DNA of 64,000 nucleotides. Source: a virus. Below, piece after piece: positions 48,227-58,793 of the stretch. The position numbers and the translations under genes were made by a program. The notes beneath the pieces were generated by a model. It did not search any database. It had not been told where the DNA came from and was given only the letters and a program-made list of their open reading frames with translations. Each line of letters begins with the position of its first letter. The stretch's first letter is position 1. The stretch is taken from the IMG/VR virus record IMGVR_UViG_3300035670_000170, positions 4,977 through 68,976 of that record. One strand, given 5' to 3'.

Positions 48227-51200
48227 TGAACGACAAGGCATTACAGGCACTATACAAAGACTTATCCGGCGAGTATGAAGTTGGCAGCTATGACGATTTT
48301 AAGTCATACATGGCTAACCCAACAAACCGGAAGAAACTGTATGATAATGTAATTGTCAAGCGCTACAACGTAAGCGACTACAACCAGTTTGAAAGCACTT
48401 ACGCCACAGCCCCCGCGCAGGGAGAGCCAGTAAAAAAAAAAGAATCTACCATTGGTGGAATCGCATCAGAAGCATCCGTTTCAGAAGCCCAATCTACTTC
48501 GCAGGGCGATGAATTGGCTGTTCAGGCTGAAGTAACCGATACCAAAACGGGCGCCCCAAAACAAGGCATCGGCGCATTAGCAGTAAGCGTAATACCCACC
48601 AAGGATGAGGTAGCCTACAAGACAATATCCTCACAGCGCCAAAAGGCAGTAGACAGGGACATTGACGCAAACGCCCAAGCCACAATAAGTGAGATAGCGT
48701 CGTCAATAAGCCCCGAAACAGAGGCGCAGATACAGACCGAGTACGAAAACTACAAGGCCACACTACCTATACCCCAAAAGCCAAAAGACTACAACCAGTA
48801 CCGCTTAGACTACATCAAGGACTATTACGGTATCAAGGACAGCAAGGGCATAGCAGACATTGACGCACGTTACAAGGCCAAGTCAGAGGCGGCAAAGCGC
48901 CAGCGTGAGTTAGACGAAGCCGTAAGTGTGTTCGCAAAGAAGTTTAGCGAGAGGCCGTCAAGCCCGATATACTCAAACCTACTAAACGCCACTAAGCTAA
49001 TTGAAAAGCCCAAAGAAGGCGACGACAAGGCAGAACCCGTGGACGTTAGCGGTAGGTTCAAGCGCAACATAGACACGCCAGCAGGCACCACGACCGTCGA
49101 CATACTAACGCAAGGCATTAGTAGCGTACCGGAGGGCGGCATACAGTTTTACGCCAACAACTCCCCGCGCAGGGTGTATGTAGGTGGCGTTGACAGCAAG
49201 CCCGAATCGTTTGCCGTGGATGAGTTGGGCAATAGAACCGACGAACCCGACAAGGTTAAGCAATCGTTAAGTCAGTTTACCCCCAATACGGCTGATGCGT
49301 TAACACCCGTTGACGACAACCAGTACGCCATATTCAAGAAGGTCATTGAGGACTACGCGACAGAGAACCCCGAAAAGGCTAAGCAAATCGGGCGCCCCCA
49401 AACTCTTTATTCACAATCATGGGACAGGGGTGACTACCGCCTAAAACAAGAATGGGACGTAGTAAAAGACGGTGCCTTTGTACGCGAAGCAATAAAGTAC
49501 CAAAAGGAGAAACTCGCCAACGAATACACCCAACGGGTAACACAGTTAGAAAAGCAGTTCGCACAAGACATCGCAGCACGCCCCGACAAACAGGCGGTGT
49601 ACGACAGCGACTTTGAAGTACAAAAGGCAAACTTAGCACTGCAATATAACAGCGCAGAGAAGTACCTTGACCTAATGTACAACGGGTATGTACGTGCCAA
49701 CATAAAGAACGCAGACCGCGTAGAAACAGAGATTGCATACCAACAGGCTGAACGCGACATCAAGGAGATTGAAGCCATGCGTGAGGCCGACAAGCAGTGG
49801 TACAACAAACAAAACGCCGTAGTGCAATTTGGTGTTGACGTGTGGGACGGTTTCGCCGACGCTGGTAAAGAGATTGTAAGGGGCGTAGAATCCCTTGGTT
49901 ACTTAGCCACGGGTACAGATATGCCCGATGAGCAGAAACGCTTTTACGTGCAATATGACGCCATGCGCGCAGGTAGCGACGAAAGCCTTGTGCGCGATGC
50001 CACGTCAATGATCGCACAGACAGCAGCTATCATGGCTCCCGCAGGGTGGATTGGGGGTACGCTAAAGACATTAGGTGTCGGTGCCAAGGTAGCGCAAACA
50101 ACTGGTATCGTTACAAGTAGCTATTTGCAAACGGCTGGTACATCGTACATAGACGCGATGGCGCAGGGTATGGACAGCGAAACGGCAATGGTGTACGGAA
50201 ACGTCATGGGGCTGTCACAGGGTTTTGTGGAGGCTATATTCCCGTCGGATTACCTGTTCGGGGGTGTACGCACACAGATGAAGAAGAACATTGTCAACAT
50301 CCTAAAGAACGCATCCCCAGCGGAGATACGTAGGATGACAAGTGGGCAGGTTATACGTTCGGCATTTAGTGAATTTGCCAACGAAACAAAGAAGGAAATG
50401 GTGGAGGAGGTTGCCGCATACCTGTCAGAGAAGGGTATCAACTTCACCATGAATCAGGTTACTGGCAAGGACATACTTGATGACGAAGTGACGATTAAGG
50501 ACATGGCTAATGCCGCTGGTGGTGCAGCTATTGTCGGAACTTTCTTTGGTGGTAGCCGCGTCATTAAGTCGTTTAAGAACAGCGCGGTGTTCCCTGTGCA
50601 GATGCAGTACGAATACTTAGCTGCGTCAGACCCCGACGGGGTGATGGAGAAGATAGAGTTTGCCAAGAAAGAGGGGGCGCTGACCGACGTTCAATACAAA
50701 AACGCTAAGGACAGGCTTAACAGTTTGGTGGAGCAGAAGAAAGCCGTTGATGCCGCGTCACCTGAAATGAGTGAGTTCAACAAGGCCGTGCTGGTGAATA
50801 TGCGTGCCGATAAGGACGAAGCCGTTAAGTACGCTAAGACGCTGGACGAAACAGACCCCGTTGATGCGCGTATCTTACAGACGATGAATGAGAAGATTGC
50901 CACCATCGACGCATTGCAGAACGACATCCTCAAAGGCGAAGATGCTGGTAAGGCTTACGCTAAGTACCTCAATGAATCAATGGGTATCATTTCCCGTGGT
51001 GTTGAGGAGGCGGGTACGCAGCAGCCACAAGCAGAGGTTATCCCTGACGGCGTTGTTGTTGAGGACATCCCTGACGAAGATGCGTTTAGTGTGTTTGGAT
51101 TTGAGCAGATGTCCGGTGAGCAGTTAGCGGATATTCAGGAGCAGATAGACCTACGCGAAAGTGGCTACGATGAGATGGCTGAAATAATAGCCAAGGAACT

Positions 51201-54200
51201 TGGGTTGCCAGAGGGTACGGTTGCCACCGTGGAGGACTTGGCGGCTGCATACTTAGAAGCACAGAACCCCGACGTACAAACACTTAGGGACGGACTACGG
51301 GGGCTACGCGTTAACCGTGACAGCTTTGTGCAGTTCGCTGACAAGAACTATATCACACAAGGGCTTGCCCGTGCGTGGTTCACCCGCAAGAAAGACAGGT
51401 CAGGTCGTGACCTTGACGAGATAGCACAGGAAATATCTGAAATGCGGGGACAAGAGGTAACACCACAGGACATTGTTGATATTATTGTTGAGAATCCAAA
51501 CGGGATACCGCAACGTTCTGAAAGGGCTGCCCGTATAAATGACCTGTACAAACAGAAAACAGGCAAGAACCTAAACACCAGTGTCGCAGCAAAGATACTG
51601 AACAAAAGGGGCGTTAAGGCCGTAAACAACGATATTGTAAAGGATGTCCTAAACATATTTGTAGGGCCATCAGGGAATATAAACACAGACGAACTAATAC
51701 GTGAAATAGAATCAGGCCCCGACTTCTTTATGGCGTGGCCTTACAGTCTAACAATGCAGGAATATGAAGAACTCAAAAAAGCAATCGCAGACCCAAAACG
51801 ACGAGAAGAAATACTTGGAGAAGCTACAAATTTTAAGAAAGACTATTCATGGGTTGAGGGATTTGACGAAGACTACGGAACCCAAGAAGAAGGAGGTATA
51901 GATGCCATTCAAGAGCAAGGCGCAACTGCGGTGGATGTACAAGAACAAGCCGCAGATGGCGAAAAGGTGGTCGAAGGAACACCCGAATCAGGACGTGAAG
52001 AAGCTGCCCAAGAAGGTCAGGAAGCGGTAAGTTTTGAAGCCGCCCGTGCAGTAGAACCACCCATCAAAGAGCGTGTTGAGCTTACGGGCACACGTGCAGA
52101 CCGGGTGGTGATAGATCGCATCAAAGAGGGCGCAAGCGAAAGCGCCAAAGCCCTGTTGGATAGGCTACCTAATGTTATGAAGGCGTTAAGGCGTTCAGGT
52201 GTTAACGTGCGTATAGTGCTACACCCATCGGCAGAATCGTTTAATGGCGTTGACGGTGAAACAGTTTCTATGCGTACTGGCAACGCTAAGATACTGCCTG
52301 ACGGCACCATCCACATTGATATGTCAAGTGCCACCACCACAGCAGGTAGCCTTGTGCATGAGGCCGTACACCAAGTTATATCTGACGTCATCGCCGCCGA
52401 CCCTATCAGGTTAGCAAAGATGGCTAACGACCTACGTGACACACTGAAAAAGGCTATGCCTGACGTGCATGAGGACTTGGAGGAATTTACCCAGCAGTAT
52501 GAGCCACAGGAGCGTGATGAGGAGTACGTCGCTGAATTTATGGCGATGGTGGCTGACGGGTACGTAGATATTGACAAGCTATCACCGCCAAAGAGGAAGT
52601 CTGTCTTAGAATGGTTTAACCGTTTGTTAAACGCTTTTGGCTTTGATTCCGTGAAGATTACAGATACCATGTCAGCTATTGACGTGGCGGCTGCGATCAA
52701 TAGGGCATTGGAGGAAGGTGTTAGGATAAAGTCAAAGGTGTCGAAAGCAAATCGGGCGCCCCAAACACGCCAGCAGAAGTTCTTAGACCGTATGAACGCA
52801 AGCCGTGATTCAAAGGGTCTACCACGTTGGGGCGAAAAGAAGCAGAAGTCATTAGAGCAGCAAGCCAAGGAAATGGCTGACGACCTAATAAAGGACTTCC
52901 CAGACGAAGAAACAAAGAAGATGTACGACTTTGCGTACAGCTACCACCTACGTCAGTTACAGGCACAGAACAAGCCTAAGTACCAGCGTGTACAAAGAAT
53001 ATCACCGGAGTTCAGAAAGGGATTGATAAAGCTATCCAAGCAGTACATAGAGAACGGTACACCCAAAGACCAGATAATAGAGGGGCTAAAGGAACAGGGA
53101 ATATTGTCATCACAGGCTAACGCTATTTACACAGAGGCAAAGAACCAAACCCTCAACGACATATCCCAAACAGACCCCATCGTAAAGGATGCTGTTAAGC
53201 AGCTTGAAAGCGGCATTAAGATAAGTGAGGTATCACAAAATGTGATAGCAGCACTGCCGGACAACAAAAAGGCACTGTCGGCGTTCTACGTGGCGGCGGC
53301 AATGAACAGGTACCTGTCACGCCCTAACGACTTTAAGGCTACCATCGACAAGAAGGTCGCTGAAATAAAGCAAAAGGCTAAAGATAAAGCCGAATTAAAG
53401 GGGGATAAAGACAAGGCGGCTAAAGAGATCAAGAAAGCCAAAGCAGCTATCAAAAGGGCTATGCGTGGCAAATCGGGCGACAAAAGGCTATTCGCCCGTG
53501 ACAAGACAACGCTAAAGACATTTGTGGGTATAAACCACAACCAACTATCAGACGAATCAAAGGCTGAATACCTTGCCGTATTAGCATCAGTGGCATCGTC
53601 AGTATCACCTGTTAAAGTATCAAACATAGAGGATGAATACATAGCACAGAACGCCCGTAGGGAATACACCAACGACGATATAGATGCGCTGAACGAAAAG
53701 TATTTGGCAGAGGTGGATAGCGAGAAGCGCCGCAGACTGCTTGACAAAGTGGCGTCATTCTACTCACAGATGGATATGGCGTTACCGGAGGAGTTTGGGT
53801 CAATGACAGTATCCGACCTTCAGGCATTAGCCGCCAACATCCTATCGGAAGAACAGCTACCTGATGTTGACAAGGAACAGGAACAGCAGCTAAAGCGTCA
53901 GGCACTACTTGAACTGGCGGCTGAATACGTTGCCGAAGCAGTGGCGGCTATGGACAGCGGGGTGATAGACACTGAATCAATGACCCCGTTGGAGAAGCGT
54001 ATCATTGACGGTATTTCAAACGGTAGCGTGGATGCCCTGTCGCTGAACGAGATAAAGACGTTGATAAAGGGGATGGATAACTTCGTTACCAACGGCAGCT
54101 TAGACGGCATGGGTAAGATTGCAGCACGCATGGAAGCCCCCGCCATCGTTAAGCAGTTCTTGGCGGAAAAGGTGAAGATGTGCGTGAAGTTCGGGAACTT

Positions 54201-56580
54201 GGATTTCTTTACCCGCTTTGCTGGCAGCATGGAGCAATACGTGGAAAGCGTCGCTGGCAGTAGCCGCCTTGGGGCTAAGTTCTATGCCATGAGTGGCATG
54301 GCACAGGTGTACGCTGGCGGTAGCCGTGCCGACAAGCGCATGGTTGACGGGTTCCTAAACCCATTAGGGGAACTGTACAAGAAATACCCAGATACCAAGA
54401 CACCCGAATCCATCATGGCGCGATTCATATACGGGTTTATGAATCAGAACTATGGCGGCACAGCCGATGAGGTAGCCGCAGAGTTTGAGCGCAGGAAAGG
54501 GTTGTTAGTGTCAGACATTGAGGCAAAGAAAAAGTCAAAGCGTAAAGACCTACGTGAGCAAGCGGAGCTGGAACAGCGGATGTTCGATATGCTTGTGGCT
54601 GACGCGTCGACAATAAAGGACGTTGTTTCTGCCATGACAAAGAACGGTCACACAGGCGCCCGTGAGATTGTTGACTTAGCCGTGTCGTTTGCCAGCACAT
54701 ACGCTAATGAGTACGACGAGATTAGTAGGGTTTACAATAACAACACCCTTGACCTTGTAAACAACTACTTGCCCAATAAGACAAAGAAAACAGCTATTAT
54801 CAGGGACGAAGACCTTGGCATAGATCAAGACATCAACTCTGTTGACCCATCGGTAATGACACCCAGTTCGACAAAGAACAGGTTTAAGTCCATGAAGCGC
54901 TTAGAGGGTAGCCGTGTTTACGACGTGGACTTCGACGCTATGGTTACTAATGAGTTCCGTCATGCCTTAACCTACATTGAAACCCTACCACACATCATGC
55001 GCTTTAAGGCCGTGATGAACACCAATGATTTGATTGAGGAGATGGGCGAGAAGAACGTTAAGTTCTTAGACCTGAAGATGACTAATGGTGTTAAGATTCT
55101 ACGGCGTATGTACCCCAGCGATGAGTATGCCCGTGCGCTGTCAAAGGCGACGTCGGGGTTAGCGTCGTTGGGTGCCAACATAAGCCTTGCGGGTATCACC
55201 CAGCCCATGAAACAGGTGTTACCTGTTGCGTTCAGGGCGATGACGGCGGCAGCAGTAAGAAAGAAGGGCGCAGCGGCGGCACTACACACAACCCTTAGCG
55301 GTGCTAACTACAACGAAGGGCTGTTCTCTAAAGGGACTATCCTAAGCCGCAAGGAAACACGCGGTGGCTATCAGTTTGAGCGCTTAGAGGATTCTGTTGT
55401 CAAAGCCCAACGCGGCGTCCTGTCGAAAGCCTTTGGTAAGTACCTGTCGGCGCGTCGTAAGGCAGCAGACCTAACGATGTACCCATTAACACAGTCGGAT
55501 TACTTTGCTGCGCGTAAGGCGTGGGTGTCGTACTATGCAGAGAATCTACTTCAAAGGGGCGTGTATAAAAGCTGGCGCGACATTGACTGGCAAAAGGAAT
55601 CAGCAGACCCAAATGAAGAAGCGTCGGCGTATGCAGAGATAATGCTGTCACGTTCACAGAACGTCAATACTATGGCGGCGGCGTCGGAAATGATGACGCG
55701 TACAGGTGGATATAAGGACATTTGGCGAAATATCTTTTTCCCCTTTGCGTCGTTCACGATGAATAACAACGTCACCCGTTGGATAAACTTTAAGCGGTTG
55801 CTGTGGGGCAGTCCGACAGAAAAGGCTATTGCCTTTGGGGACATCACCGCACAGGGGGTGGAGGCACTGGCGTTTAACAGCATTAAGCTGTTGTTGATAT
55901 ACCCACTTAGGATATACCTTGTCAAGGAAGTTCTAAAGGCTATGTTCGACTATGACGATGAGGAGGTGGATGCTATCGTGTCGTCAAATGAACTACCGCA
56001 CCGTGTACACCAAGTCATTGCCCAGTCTACCATTGATATGACCTTCGGGGGCTTCTCATCGCAGTCTGACATGGCAGTGAAGTATGCCGTTAACGACTAT
56101 TACAAGAATGTGCTACTGCCGTTCTTTGACGTGGACACAGACAAGGATTTGTTCTATCAGGGTAACATGAGTAGCGATGAGATCAGTACGTTCTTGTCGT
56201 CTATTGGTTCTTACGGTATATTGGCGCAGCAGTTGTTGGACATAGCTGATGTTGCTGAAAGCACGATGTTTGGCTTTAGTGATACTATCATGCTTGACCC
56301 AAACCCGTTTGATGCAAGCACGGAAAAGGTGGAGTACAAGATGACCGAAGACCAGCAGCGGGCGTTACAGATGTATTTGATATTCCACGGAGTCACGATG
56401 TTGACGGGCTTAAACGACGTTGACGCACGGACTATTGTGAATAAAATTCAGAAGGGGGTAGAGCGTGATATTAAGAGGGGTGGTAAAACGGGCGGGTCAA
56501 ACAGTGGCACGTTAGAGGCCAAGCCGATGTCAGGGCGTTCGTTAAGCACCCAAAGCCTGTCGTCAAGGCGTCTAAGATAG
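48226..56580 (+). CDS. giant virion cargo/polyvalent protein with zincin-like motif
   Basis: 2784 aa; LVHEAVH...EEYVAE at about 52351-52540; Gly/Ala hydrophobic segments. Confidence 0.65.
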   Translation: MNDKALQALYKDLSGEYEVGSYDDFKSYMANPTNRKKLYDNVIVKRYNVSDYNQFESTYATAPAQGEPVKKKESTIGGIASEASVSEAQSTSQGDELAVQAEVTDTKTGAPKQGIGALAVSVIPTKDEVAYKTISSQRQKAVDRDIDANAQATISEIASSISPETEAQIQTEYENYKATLPIPQKPKDYNQYRLDYIKDYYGIKDSKGIADIDARYKAKSEAAKRQRELDEAVSVFAKKFSERPSSPIYSNLLNATKLIEKPKEGDDKAEPVDVSGRFKRNIDTPAGTTTVDILTQGISSVPEGGIQFYANNSPRRVYVGGVDSKPESFAVDELGNRTDEPDKVKQSLSQFTPNTADALTPVDDNQYAIFKKVIEDYATENPEKAKQIGRPQTLYSQSWDRGDYRLKQEWDVVKDGAFVREAIKYQKEKLANEYTQRVTQLEKQFAQDIAARPDKQAVYDSDFEVQKANLALQYNSAEKYLDLMYNGYVRANIKNADRVETEIAYQQAERDIKEIEAMREADKQWYNKQNAVVQFGVDVWDGFADAGKEIVRGVESLGYLATGTDMPDEQKRFYVQYDAMRAGSDESLVRDATSMIAQTAAIMAPAGWIGGTLKTLGVGAKVAQTTGIVTSSYLQTAGTSYIDAMAQGMDSETAMVYGNVMGLSQGFVEAIFPSDYLFGGVRTQMKKNIVNILKNASPAEIRRMTSGQVIRSAFSEFANETKKEMVEEVAAYLSEKGINFTMNQVTGKDILDDEVTIKDMANAAGGAAIVGTFFGGSRVIKSFKNSAVFPVQMQYEYLAASDPDGVMEKIEFAKKEGALTDVQYKNAKDRLNSLVEQKKAVDAASPEMSEFNKAVLVNMRADKDEAVKYAKTLDETDPVDARILQTMNEKIATIDALQNDILKGEDAGKAYAKYLNESMGIISRGVEEAGTQQPQAEVIPDGVVVEDIPDEDAFSVFGFEQMSGEQLADIQEQIDLRESGYDEMAEIIAKELGLPEGTVATVEDLAAAYLEAQNPDVQTLRDGLRGLRVNRDSFVQFADKNYITQGLARAWFTRKKDRSGRDLDEIAQEISEMRGQEVTPQDIVDIIVENPNGIPQRSERAARINDLYKQKTGKNLNTSVAAKILNKRGVKAVNNDIVKDVLNIFVGPSGNINTDELIREIESGPDFFMAWPYSLTMQEYEELKKAIADPKRREEILGEATNFKKDYSWVEGFDEDYGTQEEGGIDAIQEQGATAVDVQEQAADGEKVVEGTPESGREEAAQEGQEAVSFEAARAVEPPIKERVELTGTRADRVVIDRIKEGASESAKALLDRLPNVMKALRRSGVNVRIVLHPSAESFNGVDGETVSMRTGNAKILPDGTIHIDMSSATTTAGSLVHEAVHQVISDVIAADPIRLAKMANDLRDTLKKAMPDVHEDLEEFTQQYEPQERDEEYVAEFMAMVADGYVDIDKLSPPKRKSVLEWFNRLLNAFGFDSVKITDTMSAIDVAAAINRALEEGVRIKSKVSKANRAPQTRQQKFLDRMNASRDSKGLPRWGEKKQKSLEQQAKEMADDLIKDFPDEETKKMYDFAYSYHLRQLQAQNKPKYQRVQRISPEFRKGLIKLSKQYIENGTPKDQIIEGLKEQGILSSQANAIYTEAKNQTLNDISQTDPIVKDAVKQLESGIKISEVSQNVIAALPDNKKALSAFYVAAAMNRYLSRPNDFKATIDKKVAEIKQKAKDKAELKGDKDKAAKEIKKAKAAIKRAMRGKSGDKRLFARDKTTLKTFVGINHNQLSDESKAEYLAVLASVASSVSPVKVSNIEDEYIAQNARREYTNDDIDALNEKYLAEVDSEKRRRLLDKVASFYSQMDMALPEEFGSMTVSDLQALAANILSEEQLPDVDKEQEQQLKRQALLELAAEYVAEAVAAMDSGVIDTESMTPLEKRIIDGISNGSVDALSLNEIKTLIKGMDNFVTNGSLDGMGKIAARMEAPAIVKQFLAEKVKMCVKFGNLDFFTRFAGSMEQYVESVAGSSRLGAKFYAMSGMAQVYAGGSRADKRMVDGFLNPLGELYKKYPDTKTPESIMARFIYGFMNQNYGGTADEVAAEFERRKGLLVSDIEAKKKSKRKDLREQAELEQRMFDMLVADASTIKDVVSAMTKNGHTGAREIVDLAVSFASTYANEYDEISRVYNNNTLDLVNNYLPNKTKKTAIIRDEDLGIDQDINSVDPSVMTPSSTKNRFKSMKRLEGSRVYDVDFDAMVTNEFRHALTYIETLPHIMRFKAVMNTNDLIEEMGEKNVKFLDLKMTNGVKILRRMYPSDEYARALSKATSGLASLGANISLAGITQPMKQVLPVAFRAMTAAAVRKKGAAAALHTTLSGANYNEGLFSKGTILSRKETRGGYQFERLEDSVVKAQRGVLSKAFGKYLSARRKAADLTMYPLTQSDYFAARKAWVSYYAENLLQRGVYKSWRDIDWQKESADPNEEASAYAEIMLSRSQNVNTMAAASEMMTRTGGYKDIWRNIFFPFASFTMNNNVTRWINFKRLLWGSPTEKAIAFGDITAQGVEALAFNSIKLLLIYPLRIYLVKEVLKAMFDYDDEEVDAIVSSNELPHRVHQVIAQSTIDMTFGGFSSQSDMAVKYAVNDYYKNVLLPFFDVDTDKDLFYQGNMSSDEISTFLSSIGSYGILAQQLLDIADVAESTMFGFSDTIMLDPNPFDASTEKVEYKMTEDQQRALQMYLIFHGVTMLTGLNDVDARTIVNKIQKGVERDIKRGGKTGGSNSGTLEAKPMSGRSLSTQSLSSRRLR

Positions 56581-56607
56581 TTTAGTATCTTTGTTAAAAT
56601 TTGAGTT

Positions 56608-57078
56608 ATGGCAGTTACTATAAATAATCAGACGGCATTATACGCCAATGTGAAAGACACTTTTCCGCAGAGCGAGTCCCTTACGGGCACTGCTTCCACT
56701 ATGAGCAGAAAAGATAGGCTTATTGGCAGCGGTACTGCTTTTGTTTCTGAACTTGAAACTGGTGACTTTATTTGGGACACTGTTAATGATGAATTGTTAA
56801 AGGTTGTTAGCATAGAGAGCGACACTGAGTTGACCCTTAGTGGAGAGTTTAGTAACGCACTGAGTGGCGCTACTATAAAAAGAGTTCCGAGAATACGTTA
56901 TCAGTCTTTCAGTTATTTAATTGACAGTTCAAGCGGTGAAGAGATTGACGGTATATTGATGCCTGATGGTGCAAGTGCTACATTTGCCATTTCAGACCAT
57001 TATTCTAATATGGGCAATCCAATTATTATTGATTCAACTGTTAATGATGGAAATGTAATTATTTCATTCTTTGCTTAA
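56608..57078 (+). CDS. putative tail/fibre-associated protein
   Basis: G.GTAF.SEL..GD.I......KV.SI.SDTELTL beta module. Confidence 0.6.
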   Translation: MAVTINNQTALYANVKDTFPQSESLTGTASTMSRKDRLIGSGTAFVSELETGDFIWDTVNDELLKVVSIESDTELTLSGEFSNALSGATIKRVPRIRYQSFSYLIDSSSGEEIDGILMPDGASATFAISDHYSNMGNPIIIDSTVNDGNVIISFFA

Positions 57079-57866
57079 TGGGGGCATTTGGGAAAAGCGG
57101 TAGTGGTATTTACAAGATGGGTGGTGATGGTGCATCGTCCGTTGATGTGAATGTTAATAGTTCTCTTGAGGGTTCTGTTTCAAGTGCATCTCCTATTGAC
57201 ATTGATATTACTGATGGAAGTAGCCCTGTAACCCCTGATGCTGTAAGTGTTGTTGGCAATACGGTAACTATTGAAGTTCCTGCGGCTGCTGCGCCAGTTG
57301 GTGCTACGCTTATGAAAACGGGGCAAACTACTTCTTATCGTACTGGCGATGATGGGGATTTGCAGGCAGGCAGAGCAACAGACATCACCACGCTGGCCAG
57401 CAATAACCCCTTTGGTAATACAGACAGGTTTACCGATGAGTTAGGGGGGCAAACCTACACTAACGACATCGTGATTGATTGGAGCACTTATGATGGCAGT
57501 ACGGTGTTGGGCTGGCGAAGAACTATTAACGGAACTGGTATAAGCTGGAACAATGCGATTGATGGAGCTTTATTAGTTAGCATAGGCACATTTACAAGCG
57601 GATGGAAATTGCCAAATTTGAACGAAATGGCAAGTTTGTTCAATGCTTCAAAAAATATGTTTGGCAGTACTGGCCCGTCCCCGTGGACAAGCGTAATTGC
57701 AGGCGGTAGCTTATGGACATCCACCACCTCTTATAGCAGCACGGCCACAGCGTTACGTTTGAATACTTCAACGGGAGAATTTGATAGGTCGTCAAAGACC
57801 AATTCATCACAACATTTTTATATGCCCTGCCGCACCTTCACAGTAACAGGAACAACACTTACATAA
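57078..57866 (+). CDS. DUF1566/Lcl C-type-lectin-like fibre protein 1
   Basis: KTGQTTSY..GDDGDL..G, ID..T..GW, W..A, GWKLPNLNEM, WTST. Confidence 0.8.
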   Translation: MGAFGKSGSGIYKMGGDGASSVDVNVNSSLEGSVSSASPIDIDITDGSSPVTPDAVSVVGNTVTIEVPAAAAPVGATLMKTGQTTSYRTGDDGDLQAGRATDITTLASNNPFGNTDRFTDELGGQTYTNDIVIDWSTYDGSTVLGWRRTINGTGISWNNAIDGALLVSIGTFTSGWKLPNLNEMASLFNASKNMFGSTGPSPWTSVIAGGSLWTSTTSYSSTATALRLNTSTGEFDRSSKTNSSQHFYMPCRTFTVTGTTLT

Positions 57867-57867
57867 T

Positions 57868-58101
57868 ATGAAATACAAATTTGAACAATTCAAAGTAACA
57901 ATAGACAACCCAACGGTAACGGTTGACATGAATACCATTCGGGATAAAGCTATTGACAAACTTTTGAGCGTGGACATTATATTAACAACCAACACGGCTT
58001 CGTTTGGCGTAACGGCTGAAGATATGCCATACGACCCAACGTGGGAGGACGACATGGTTCAGGATATGGTTAATAATTGGCTTGTGCAATTTGAAGTGTA
58101 A
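57868..58101 (+). CDS. small partner of fibre protein 1
   Basis: 77 aa, NP.V...TWED..V; paralog-like to 58790..59155. Confidence 0.65.
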   Translation: MKYKFEQFKVTIDNPTVTVDMNTIRDKAIDKLLSVDIILTTNTASFGVTAEDMPYDPTWEDDMVQDMVNNWLVQFEV

Positions 58102-58166
58102 TTTTTATAGTTTACACAAGTATATTTTTTTTTACAAAAGATTATACTTATTTTATTCTTCGATTT

Positions 58167-58793
58167 ATGGGGGCATTTGGGAAAAGCGGTAGTGGTATTT
58201 ACAAGATGGGTGGTGATGGTGCATGCCCTGAAAGGTATAATTCTGCCAACCCTTACAAGACGGGACAAACCACATCGTATGTAAGCAACGATGATGGCGA
58301 TTTAGAACGTGGTAGAGGTTCGGATTTCACAACGCTTGACTTTAATAACCCGTTTGGAAACACCAATAGATTTACCGACACGCTGGGCGGTCAGACGTAT
58401 GCGAATGATATTGTTATTGATTGGGCGACTACCAACTACATAGCGGAAACAGTTATCGGTTGGTATCGGGTAGTTCAGGGTGGTGCAGGAGTTAATTGGA
58501 CTACGGCAATGGCAGCACAACCAGTAACGGCAGAGGGGTACAATGATTGGTACGTGCCCAATAAGAATGAATTTACTTTAATAATTAGCAGCGAGAATAG
58601 TATAAACTACAATCCTTTTAGTTTAACCCATAACTTGTGGACATCAAGTTCGCGCGATGCAAGTGCGGCAAGAGTTTATCAAGAAACACAAAAAGATTTA
58701 CAAAGTCAAACAAAAACATTGACATTGCTAAATGGTAACGCAATAGGCTACATATTACTACGTTACTTCACCTTCACAGAATTAGGACTATGA
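58167..58793 (+). CDS. DUF1566/Lcl C-type-lectin-like fibre protein 2
   Basis: Same motifs (KTGQTTSY, GYNDWYVPNKNE, LWTSS); first 58 nt identical to protein 1. Confidence 0.8.
   Translation: MGAFGKSGSGIYKMGGDGACPERYNSANPYKTGQTTSYVSNDDGDLERGRGSDFTTLDFNNPFGNTNRFTDTLGGQTYANDIVIDWATTNYIAETVIGWYRVVQGGAGVNWTTAMAAQPVTAEGYNDWYVPNKNEFTLIISSENSINYNPFSLTHNLWTSSSRDASAARVYQETQKDLQSQTKTLTLLNGNAIGYILLRYFTFTELGL

Noticed and set aside
54922-54936. DVDFD as an RNA polymerase DxDxD catalytic motif in the giant protein
   Set aside because: The context (RVYDVDFDAM) does not resemble NADFDGD or GxDFDID, and such words arise easily in an acidic 2784-aa protein.
57078-58793. Diversity-generating retroelement acting on the DUF1566 genes
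   Set aside because: No reverse transcriptase ORF and no template/variable repeat pair differing only at adenines in this window. The shared sequence is at the 5' ends, not the 3' tips.
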